Below are positions 1 through 7,845 of a DNA stretch of 36,207 bases, one piece after another. Numbering within the stretch: the stretch's first letter is position 1; each line of letters starts with the position of its first letter. The DNA is from Sumerlaeia bacterium (lineage in GTDB: Bacteria; Sumerlaeota; Sumerlaeia; SLMS01; JAHLLQ01): positions 1 through 36,207 of the forward strand of contig JAVJSW010000070.1 in assembly GCA_040219255.1 (NCBI GenBank), given 5' to 3'. The notes beneath the pieces are model-generated. The model saw nothing but the letters and a program-made list of their open reading frames with translations, was not told where the DNA came from and did no database searches. Position numbers and translations under genes: made by a program.

Positions 1-87
1 CAACGCGCGACTGGCAAAAGCCGGATTGCGCAGCCTGACCGGCAGGTACCTGATGCTCAGAGGAAACGAAACCGCCGGATGCGACAT
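1..87 (-). CDS. Possible 5' end of a gene running off the left edge (MSHPAVSFPLSIRYLPVRLRNPAFASRAL...)
   Basis: ATG at 87 on the minus strand with an open frame to the window edge, divergent from the next gene. Only 29 codons are visible and no motif is recognisable. Confidence 0.25.
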   Translation of the reverse strand, partial: MSHPAVSFPLSIRYLPVRLRNPAFASRAL

Positions 88-159
88 CGCACGTCCGGTG
101 GTGTGAGAGGGGGGCAGGGCGACCTACCCCCCTACTCGATCTATCGAAAGGCAGTTCCC

Positions 160-732
160 ATGAGCGAACCGATGACCCCTCCGGAGCAGGCCGACCCGCC
201 GCCCCGGCGCATGCCCGGCGGCCTCTTCGTTCTTCTCAGCCTCCTCGCCACGGCCATTTTCCTCGGCGCCCTGCCCTGGTTCATCGAATACCTTCTGCGA
301 ACCGTGGAAGTGCCCACCCCGGCCCAGACGCCCCCCCGAAGCGAAAACGCCGCGGAGGAGATCGGCGAAGCCTTTCAGGAAATGGCGGCCCAATACCGCT
401 CCGCGCGCGCGGACAATCCGGACGCCCCCGTGACCACGGCCCGTATGCTGACCCTGACGGAAGACACGGAGGCGTTGATGGCGGCGGGGGGCGGCAACCT
501 GGACACGCTCGCTTTGCCCGGCCATGGCGTCGTGCCCCCCGATCCTTATGGCCCGCCGGGCGCGCCGCTGGCCGCCTACGCCCGCGCCGGGGGAGGATGG
601 GCCGGGCTCTCCGCCGGACCCGATGGCGATTACGATTATCGTTCGGCGGAGGAAACCCCAGAGCCCCTCTTCTTCTACGATCCCACCAACGGCGTCGTCA
701 GCAGCGGCGACCTCATCTTTCCCCTCGACTGA
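160..732 (+). CDS. Membrane-anchored protein with a GspG/pseudopilin-like C-terminal region
   Basis: ATG at 160 preferred. One TM helix (GGLFVLLSLLATAIFLGALPWFI). C-terminal P-x-DPY...SAGPDG...YDPTNGVVSSGDL resembles pseudopilin C-termini. No G|FTLIE prepilin site. Confidence 0.65.
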   Translation: MSEPMTPPEQADPPPRRMPGGLFVLLSLLATAIFLGALPWFIEYLLRTVEVPTPAQTPPRSENAAEEIGEAFQEMAAQYRSARADNPDAPVTTARMLTLTEDTEALMAAGGGNLDTLALPGHGVVPPDPYGPPGAPLAAYARAGGGWAGLSAGPDGDYDYRSAEETPEPLFFYDPTNGVVSSGDLIFPLD

Positions 733-859
733 TCGATTCGGCCGATCCCGGTGCGGAAGCCTCCAAGGGTTTTTTCTTTGGTGGTGTCATAAAGCGATTG
801 CCTTGCCCGGCAACGAGACCTAGCAAATAGTTGCATAGTCTCCCGCGCGAGGTTTCTCC

Positions 860-3800
860 GTGCCCAAAGCCAACCCGTTCTCCAAATTCCCTTCGCTCAG
901 GAGCCTCGCCCTGGCCCTTTGCCTCGGCGCGCCCGCCGCGTTACCGGCCCACGCGCCGGACCTGCGGAGTTGGGACGCGTTGGCGGCGCAGCTCTCGGCC
1001 GGGAAGACCGCCGACGCCAAGTCCGCTACGGCGGACCTGAAGGCGATCCTGGACGCCCAACTCGCGCCCCTTTCTGCGGTGGAAAAAACCGCCCGTCAGG
1101 AAACCTTCTTTCCCGCCGGCACCTCACTGGCCTTCTCGCGGGTGGACGCGGCAGGCCGGGGCGAAGCCTACCTCGTTCTGCCGGACGCGTTCCTCGGCGG
1201 CGGCGCCACGGACTTCTGGTTCGATCAGGCCGAGTTCATGCGCCATGGCATCGCCGAGTTGGTGGAGGGCCTGGAGACTTTGGAATTCTACGCCCGCGCC
1301 GAATCGGCCGACGACTTCCGGCCTCTGCACGAGTTCCTGCCGGCCGCTCCGGAGGGCACTGCGCGCGACAAGCCCGCCGTGCCCGAGGCGGCGCTGAAGG
1401 TCCTCGTGCCGCAAGGCGCGCGCGGCAACGCCCAGCCCCAGGGCGCGCTCTCCGGCGCCTCGATCTTCGTCAGCCCGGGCCACGGGTGGTTCTACGATTC
1501 CAGCAATGCGCGCTGGCAGACCCAGCGCTTCAACAGTGGCGATGGCACCGGCGTCGTCGAGGACCACAGCAACGCGGAAATCATCAATCAGTACCTGCTG
1601 CCATACCTGTGGAATGCCGGCGCCCGCGTTTACACAATCCGCGAACGCGACATGAACACGGAAATGGTGATCGTGGACACCCCGGCGGCCCAGTTGACCG
1701 GCAACTGGACGACGAACGCCACGGGGGGCTGGAACAACGGCAGTTACCTGTCGGCCACGACGGTCGCGGGCAACCCCACGGCCACCGCCCGCTTCACGCC
1801 CACGATCCCCAGCGACGGGTACTATGGTGTGTACGTTCATTACCGCCCGGCCCCGAACGACGGCAACACCGTGCGCGACGGCCGCATCCAGATCCACCAC
1901 ACCGGCGGCACGACGCTCTGGACCCAGGACATGACCCGCGACGGCTATACGTGGAAGTACGTCGGCACCTACTATTTCGAGGCGGGCTCCGACCCCGCCG
2001 CCGGTTCCGTCGAAGTCACGAATCAGAGCGCCACCGCCGGCCAGATCGTCACCGCCGACGCCGTGCGGTTCGGCGGCGGCATGGGCGACTGGGTCGATGG
2101 GGGCAGCGTCAGCGGCTACCCGCGCTTCGAGGAATCGGGCCTGTACTACGCCCAGTTCATGGGCAAGACCGGCGAGAGCGGCACCGTCGGCGTGCTGCCA
2201 CGCTATGCGGCTTGGGAGTGCGAAACGGAATGGGAAGGCGGCGCCAACAACAACGCCATCTACCTGTCCTGGCACAGTAACGGGTTCAACACCACGGTCC
2301 GCGGGTTCGAGACCTTCGCCTATGGCAGCGGCTCCTTCGAAGGCGTCGCCGGCGGGGATGTGCTCCGCGATCGCGTCCACGACAAGATGGTGCGCGTGAT
2401 CCAGCAATTCGACCCGGCCATCCCCAATCGCGGCAAGAAGCTCAATCGCCTGGGTGAGATCAGCCCCAACAGCAACGACGAAATGCCGGCGGCCCTGGTC
2501 GAGACCGTTTTCCACGACAACCAGGCCGATTCGGACGCGCTGCTGACCCCGGAATTCCGCCAGTTGGTGGCCCGCGCCGCCTATCAGGGCATCGTCGATT
2601 TCTTCCACGACTACTACTTTCAATCGCGCGGCAACAGCGAGTTCAACGACCGGACTTATCTGCCCGAACCGCCGACACACCTGAGCGTCACCGCCGCCCC
2701 CGGCGGCGCCGTCCGCGTGGCCTGGAACGCGCCGCCCTCTGGCGGTGTGCTGGGCGCCGCGGCGACGGGCTACCGGGTCTATCGTTCGCGCAACGGATAC
2801 GGCTTTGACAACGGCACGGCGGTGACGGGAACCAGCTTCGAGTTCACCCCCGAGACCTCCGCCTCCAAGCTCTACCTTCGCGTCGCGGCAACCAACAGCG
2901 GCGGCGAGTCGCTGCCGACGGAAACCCTGGGCATCGGGCCGCTGAACCTGGGCACGCCCCAGATTCTGGTGGTGAACGGCTTCGACCGGCTGGACCGGGG
3001 TCAGAACATCCGCGTGCCCGCCACCTTCTATCCCGGCAACATCACCCAGCGCGGCCTGCTGAACCGCATGAATACCTTCAGCTATGCGGTCGAGCACGGC
3101 GAAGCCATCGCCGCCGCGGGATTCGGCTTCGCCTCGGCCAGCAACGAAGCGGTCGCCTCGGGCGCCGTGAGCCTCGGTGGCTACGACGCCGTGGTCTGGA
3201 TCAGTGGCGAGGAATCGACCGCCGACGACACCTTCAACGCCGCTGAGCAGTCCGCCATGATCGCTTACCTGGGCGCGGGAGGGAAGGTCTTCGTCAGCGG
3301 CGCCGAAGTCGCCTACGACCTCGTGGCGCAGAACAACGGCGCCGCCTTCTTCCGCAACAGCCTGCGCACCGATTTCTCCCGCGACGACGCCGGAACCTAC
3401 GCGGCCAAGGGCTCCGCCGGCGGCATTTTCGACGGCGTCAGCCTGCTCTTCGACAATGGCTCGGCGGTGTACGACGTCGATTTCCCGGACGTCCTCGCGC
3501 CCTCCGGCGCGCAATCCGAGGGCGTTCTCTTCTATGACGCCGCTTCGCCAACGATTATCAACGACTTCGATACGCTGGGCGGCTGGCGCGATCCGAACTT
3601 CAGCGGCTCGACGGACGCCGGCGTCAGCGACGACAGCACCTTCACCATCGTCAACAATCCCCGGCGCCAGGGAACCGGCGCGGGCGAACTGGCGATCGTC
3701 TGGGGCACGGGCGCGTTCGTCCGAAACTTCAATGGCGATGCGACCAACCCTTTCTCGCCAGATATCGATGTCAGTTACTGGGTCAACGGCGACGCGTCGG

Positions 3801-4261
3801 GCGCGCGGGTGCGGCTGGCGGTGCGCGACGAGGGGGACGACGACATCCTGGCCGGGCCGTGGATCGATGTGGACTTCACGGGCTGGCGCCAGATCGTCTG
3901 GGAGAATGTGCGCGCGAATCCGGGCAACGAAGTCTTCTTCCAGGCCGCGGGCGGCGACGGCGCCATTTCCGGCGCCACCGTCCGGATCGACAGCATTCAA
4001 GTGCAGAAGGGATCGGCGGGGGCGCAAAGCCTCCTGGTCTTCGACGAGATGACGATCCTGCCCGATTCGGAAGTCTCCACCGACGCGGCCGCCGTGGCTT
4101 GGCGCGACCCGGCCAGCGGCGCCGCCGGCGTCGTGATGGGCTTTCCCTTCGAAACGATTGTGGACGAGGGCGGCCGCGAGGACGTGATGGCGCGGGTTCT
4201 GGGCTTCCTGGACCTGGCGGGAACGCCCGGCAACGATGGCTCGGCCTGGATGCTCTACTGA
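860..4261 (+). CDS. Secreted multidomain N-acetylmuramoyl-L-alanine amidase (Amidase_3 with inserted golvesin/Xly CBD-like domain, FN3, C-terminal domain with CBM-like insert)
   Basis: GTG start and signal peptide. Zn/catalytic motifs SPGHG, VVED, SWHSN and LVETVFHDN. ADAVRFGGG golvesin-type motif, FN3 (VAWNAP...GYRVYRS...VAATNSGGES), GFPFETI. Ends GSAWMLY. Confidence 0.85.
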   Translation: MPKANPFSKFPSLRSLALALCLGAPAALPAHAPDLRSWDALAAQLSAGKTADAKSATADLKAILDAQLAPLSAVEKTARQETFFPAGTSLAFSRVDAAGRGEAYLVLPDAFLGGGATDFWFDQAEFMRHGIAELVEGLETLEFYARAESADDFRPLHEFLPAAPEGTARDKPAVPEAALKVLVPQGARGNAQPQGALSGASIFVSPGHGWFYDSSNARWQTQRFNSGDGTGVVEDHSNAEIINQYLLPYLWNAGARVYTIRERDMNTEMVIVDTPAAQLTGNWTTNATGGWNNGSYLSATTVAGNPTATARFTPTIPSDGYYGVYVHYRPAPNDGNTVRDGRIQIHHTGGTTLWTQDMTRDGYTWKYVGTYYFEAGSDPAAGSVEVTNQSATAGQIVTADAVRFGGGMGDWVDGGSVSGYPRFEESGLYYAQFMGKTGESGTVGVLPRYAAWECETEWEGGANNNAIYLSWHSNGFNTTVRGFETFAYGSGSFEGVAGGDVLRDRVHDKMVRVIQQFDPAIPNRGKKLNRLGEISPNSNDEMPAALVETVFHDNQADSDALLTPEFRQLVARAAYQGIVDFFHDYYFQSRGNSEFNDRTYLPEPPTHLSVTAAPGGAVRVAWNAPPSGGVLGAAATGYRVYRSRNGYGFDNGTAVTGTSFEFTPETSASKLYLRVAATNSGGESLPTETLGIGPLNLGTPQILVVNGFDRLDRGQNIRVPATFYPGNITQRGLLNRMNTFSYAVEHGEAIAAAGFGFASASNEAVASGAVSLGGYDAVVWISGEESTADDTFNAAEQSAMIAYLGAGGKVFVSGAEVAYDLVAQNNGAAFFRNSLRTDFSRDDAGTYAAKGSAGGIFDGVSLLFDNGSAVYDVDFPDVLAPSGAQSEGVLFYDAASPTIINDFDTLGGWRDPNFSGSTDAGVSDDSTFTIVNNPRRQGTGAGELAIVWGTGAFVRNFNGDATNPFSPDIDVSYWVNGDASGARVRLAVRDEGDDDILAGPWIDVDFTGWRQIVWENVRANPGNEVFFQAAGGDGAISGATVRIDSIQVQKGSAGAQSLLVFDEMTILPDSEVSTDAAAVAWRDPASGAAGVVMGFPFETIVDEGGREDVMARVLGFLDLAGTPGNDGSAWMLY

Positions 4262-4417
4262 TTCGGGCCAGAAAACTTCACCAAAACTTTGTGCTTTAGA
4301 CCGCCGAGGGCTTTGCGTGATGCCGAGCTTTTTGGCAGGCGCCGGAGCCACCCAGGTTCTTCAGAGACATCCCCTCATCGATTGAAATCGCTCAGGTTAC
4401 GGTGCCGACGCTTTCTA

Positions 4418-4434
4418 TTGGAACGTGTCATGCA
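4418..4434 (+). promoter_or_regulatory. Putative sigma54 (-24/-12) promoter
   Basis: TTGGAACGTGTCATGCA: GG(4420-21)-N10-GC(4432-33), close to the YTGGCACG-N4-TTGCW consensus, about 95 bp upstream of the ATG at 4528. Confidence 0.5.
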
Positions 4435-4527
4435 CACCCTTGTAAACGCCGAAGCGAGGTGTAACATCAACCGTGTCAGCGGTTGAACGCTTCCTCTTCG
4501 CATAATTCCAATCAAGGAGCGATACCG

Positions 4528-4932
4528 ATGATGAATCTCAAGAATCGCAAGAAGACACTCGCCCTTCTCGGCTCCGGGCTTCTGAGCCTGGGTCTCGTTG
4601 CGGCGCCTCTGACCCTGACGGCTCAGGACGACTACGAGTACGAATGGGACGAAGGCGTTCACGAGGAAGAATGGTACGACCCCTCGGACTGGGGTGACAC
4701 CGCACCGTACACGTCCACCGTCGATTACGAGCGCGACAACTACTATGGGGATTACTTCTACGACGACACGTACGATCCCTACTACTACAATTACTCGACC
4801 GACTACTACGGCAACGGGTACAACACGAACACCGGCACGTACGATAACACGTACACCTACTACGATTACTACACGAATGACTGGTACGAAGACACGAACG
4901 GCTTCGATACCTGGTACGACGAAGACATCTAA
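4528..4932 (+). CDS. Small secreted Tyr/Asp-rich low-complexity protein
   Basis: AAGGAG SD at 4514-4519, ATG at 4528, basic N-terminus plus hydrophobic signal ending LTA. The mature part (~102 aa) has 25 Tyr and no Lys. Confidence 0.8.
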   Translation: MMNLKNRKKTLALLGSGLLSLGLVAAPLTLTAQDDYEYEWDEGVHEEEWYDPSDWGDTAPYTSTVDYERDNYYGDYFYDDTYDPYYYNYSTDYYGNGYNTNTGTYDNTYTYYDYYTNDWYEDTNGFDTWYDEDI

Positions 4933-5018
4933 CGCCTTCGTTCTGGCGATCAGCAACTGATGCGTCAGGCCTTACGGCGTCTCTCCCCTAGACTCTCGAT
5001 CCATTACGGAGGACTTCT

Positions 5019-6218
5019 ATGAAATTTACTCAAGCCACACTTACCACGATCATGACCCTTGGATTGGCCGTTCCGGCAGCCGCCCAGAACACCGGCAACC
5101 AGGACACAAACCGCTGGAACCGCGACCAGGGCAATCAATACGATTACGGCGTGGAGGAAGACAACAACTCCCGCATCCTGAACGACCGCCGCAGCGGCAA
5201 TTGGAACCAGAACCGCGGCCAGAATCAGCAAAGTTGGTCTGGCAACCAAGGCCAGAACCAGAGCCGCACCCGCACCGCCAATCGGCAGGGCCAGAACCAG
5301 CAGGGCCAGAACATGAACCTGCAGCTCGATCCGCAGGGCTTCGTGACCATCGCCTACGATTACGATCAGGACGGTCGCGTGGACGCCTACGAGAGCATCT
5401 ACGCTTACGACCTGGAGCGCGCCCGGGCTCAGAGCCGGCAGCGCCAGGGCCAGCAGGGCCGCCAGCAGAGCCAGCGCTGGGGTCAGCAGCAGGGCCAGCG
5501 CCAGGGACAGCAGAGCCAACGATGGAACCAGGGCCAGCAGCGCACCGAGCAGATGAGCCAGCGCCAAGGCCAGCAGGCTCGCCAGGTGCAGCGCACGGTG
5601 CAGGGCACCATCGAGAACCTGAAGGCGGTTCAGCTCAATGGCATGGACGAGCGTACCCAACTCGCCCGTATCCAGACCAACGACGGCCGTCTCGCCAAAG
5701 TGGCTCTCGGACCGGAAAGCCGCATCCAGCGCCTGAACCTGCAGGAAGGCGATAAGGTGAAGGTGCATGGCTATAGCGGCCGTATCAACAATCGCTCGAT
5801 CCTGGTCGCCCAGAAAGTCACCAGCCCCGACTCGAATCGCAGCGTTTCGACCAACATGCAGGACACGAAGCGTACCCGCGCCGTGGATGGCCGCGTGATG
5901 AACACCCGCACCGTGAACCTTCAGGGTCAGGACAACGACTTTGTGATCGCCGACGTGCGGACCGACGACGGTCAGCGCCACACCGTGGTGCTTGGTCCGG
6001 AAAACCGCACCAACCGCTTGAACCTCGAGCAGGGCGACGACCTCTTCGTTCTCGCGACTCCGGCCCGCCTGAACGACAACAAGGCCCTGATCGCCACGAA
6101 GGCCCACGCCAATAACCGCGTGGTGACGTTCCAGCGCGACGGCCAGCAGGACCGCTCCATGGCCATGGGCAACCGCCAGGGACAGCGCAATCAGCAGCGC
6201 GGCGACACCTGGAACTGA
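5019..6218 (+). CDS. Secreted Gln/Asn/Arg-rich protein with a DxDxDG motif and two tandem OB-fold-like repeats
   Basis: GGAGG SD and signal peptide ending PAAA. Q-rich tracts, YDYDQDGRVD, and two repeats V-x-LGPE-x-R-x-x-RLNL-x-x-GD. Confidence 0.8.
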   Translation: MKFTQATLTTIMTLGLAVPAAAQNTGNQDTNRWNRDQGNQYDYGVEEDNNSRILNDRRSGNWNQNRGQNQQSWSGNQGQNQSRTRTANRQGQNQQGQNMNLQLDPQGFVTIAYDYDQDGRVDAYESIYAYDLERARAQSRQRQGQQGRQQSQRWGQQQGQRQGQQSQRWNQGQQRTEQMSQRQGQQARQVQRTVQGTIENLKAVQLNGMDERTQLARIQTNDGRLAKVALGPESRIQRLNLQEGDKVKVHGYSGRINNRSILVAQKVTSPDSNRSVSTNMQDTKRTRAVDGRVMNTRTVNLQGQDNDFVIADVRTDDGQRHTVVLGPENRTNRLNLEQGDDLFVLATPARLNDNKALIATKAHANNRVVTFQRDGQQDRSMAMGNRQGQRNQQRGDTWN

Positions 6219-6260
6219 TCTGCCCCAGGCCTTTTCCCAGGCCATATCGGACAAGACTTG

Positions 6261-6320
6261 GCAGAGGTCCGCGATGACGGACTTTTGCCCGCCAGCCCCG
6301 GTTTTCGCCGGGGCTTTCGC
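6261..6320 (+). terminator. Tandem hairpins / probable terminator of the 4528-6218 unit
   Basis: GCAGAGGTCCG/CGGACTTTTGC (6261-6288) and AGCCCCGG/CCGGGGCT (6294-6315), followed by TTCGCTT. Confidence 0.55.
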
Positions 6321-6390
6321 TTGTCTCTCGCGCTCCGCCGTCCCATGGTTGTTTGGGTAAGCAATGCCCTAAGGAATCGCCGAGACCATT

Positions 6391-7206
6391 ATGAAATACC
6401 TCATCACCGGAGCCCGGGGAACCGTCGGCGCGGCCCTTGTCCGCCACCTCGACGCGCTCGGCCACGAAACCGTCGCCTGGGATCGCACGCGCGTTCCCGT
6501 GAATAATTATCACGCCATGGAGGATTACATCACCGAAGTCCGCCCGGACGCGATTTTCCTCCTCGCCGTCGCCTCCAAACCCACCGGAGCCATCGACAAC
6601 GAAGGCTGGGTGGTGAACGTCCATTGGCCCAGCGAAGTCGCCTGGATCTGCCGCCAGCGCCAGATCCCCTTCGTCTTCAGCAGCACCGCCATGGTCTTCA
6701 CCAACGACGCCCACGGCCCCTTCACCCCCGAATCGCGCCCCGACGCCACCGAGGGCTATGGCGGCGACAAGCGCCAGGCCGAAGAACGCCTCTTTCACCA
6801 GGCCCCCGAGCAATGCCGCGTCGCCCGCCTCGGCTGGCAGATCGGCTCGGCCCCCGGCGGCAACAACATGCTCTCCTTCTTCGAAGAAAACATGCGCCAG
6901 CACGGCGTCATTCGCGCCTCGACCCGCTGGCTGCCCGCCTGCTCCTTCCTCGAAGACACCGCCGACGGCCTCATGCAGGTCCTCGCCCAGCCTCCCGGCC
7001 TCTACCACATCAACTCGAACCTGGAGCAGAACTTCTACGACATCGCCTGCGCCCTGAAAGCCCACCACGGCGCTGACTGGAAGATCGAACCGACCGAGGA
7101 TTTCGTGTACGATCAACGCCTCTTCGACGGCCGCATCGAAGTGCCCATCCTGCTGGAGCGCCTGCCCGAGCTGGCCCAGCGGCGGGTGGGGCCGGCCTGC
7201 GGGTGA
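6391..7206 (+). CDS. RmlD-like (dTDP-4-dehydrorhamnose reductase family) extended SDR
   Basis: LITGARGTVG Rossmann motif, FSSTAMVF, YGGDK (YxxxK), VARLGW. Confidence 0.8.
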   Translation: MKYLITGARGTVGAALVRHLDALGHETVAWDRTRVPVNNYHAMEDYITEVRPDAIFLLAVASKPTGAIDNEGWVVNVHWPSEVAWICRQRQIPFVFSSTAMVFTNDAHGPFTPESRPDATEGYGGDKRQAEERLFHQAPEQCRVARLGWQIGSAPGGNNMLSFFEENMRQHGVIRASTRWLPACSFLEDTADGLMQVLAQPPGLYHINSNLEQNFYDIACALKAHHGADWKIEPTEDFVYDQRLFDGRIEVPILLERLPELAQRRVGPACG

Positions 7207-7347
7207 GCGCTCCCCCCACAAACCCTTGAATCCCCCCGCCCCCTCTGGCACAGGTTGCCCCATCGGCGATCACTCCGCCGGGCAAATCAGCGCGAAGGGC
7301 TCCCAACGCCAGTGGATTATGTGAAGGGCACACTGCCCTATAAAGTG

Positions 7348-7677
7348 ATGACGCACCCGAGTTTCCGCGATCTGCGCCAAGCCGTGGCCGCCGATGGCAT
7401 CATCCTGGTTCCCGTGGTGCGCCCGCCCTATGTGGTCGCCGACCGGCTCAGCTATTACTGCGGATACCTGGACGCGCTGGGGTTCGCCGAAGCCGACCCG
7501 GTCGAGCGGGCGCGCATTTTCCTGCTCACCTGCACCGGAGAGGAAACGGACGATTACCTCGCCGAGCAGTTCTTCGAATCGTTCCTCTCCGCCCCCGCCG
7601 ATCATCCCAACCCAGGGGTCAAGGAGATGCTGGCGTCTCTGCAAGAGCGCGCCCGCGATGGTGAGGAGAGCGAGTAG
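7348..7677 (+). CDS. Hypothetical protein (~109 aa)
   Basis: GC3-biased codon usage from ATG 7348. No recognisable motif and start uncertain. Confidence 0.6.
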   Translation: MTHPSFRDLRQAVAADGIILVPVVRPPYVVADRLSYYCGYLDALGFAEADPVERARIFLLTCTGEETDDYLAEQFFESFLSAPADHPNPGVKEMLASLQERARDGEESE

Positions 7678-7689
7678 TCCGCCGCCGGT

Positions 7690-7763
7690 CACAGGCTGGA
7701 GAGCCTGTGCTACATTTGCCTGATAATCTTGGAGTTGCAAGGTAGCACGGGCGTCCCGCCCGT
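7690..7763. repeat. Pair of GTAG-type REP-like palindromes in divergent orientation
   Basis: Minus strand GTAG-CACAGGCT-CTCC-AGCCTGTG (7690-7713) and plus strand GTAG-CACGGGCG-TCC-CGCCCGT (7742-7763), lying between convergent genes. Confidence 0.7.
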
Positions 7764-7845
7764 CGCTCGCGGCGCTTTCCGGCGAAGACAAAGAGGTCGT
7801 CCCCGGATCGCACAAGGCAGGCGATCGATCGAGTTCCGGCAAACG

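Noticed and set aside
1124-4351. 1075-aa minus-strand ORF, and similar long antisense ORFs such as 5004-6254, 23838-25886, 26672-28882 and 29579-31069
   Set aside because: They mirror well-supported genes on the opposite strand. High GC3 suppresses antisense stops and the translations have no motifs.
5019-6218. Magnetosome gene call from the MamS/MamX-like repeat
   Set aside because: No CxxCH magnetochrome motifs and no other mam-like genes; the similarity is limited to a generic OB-like pattern.
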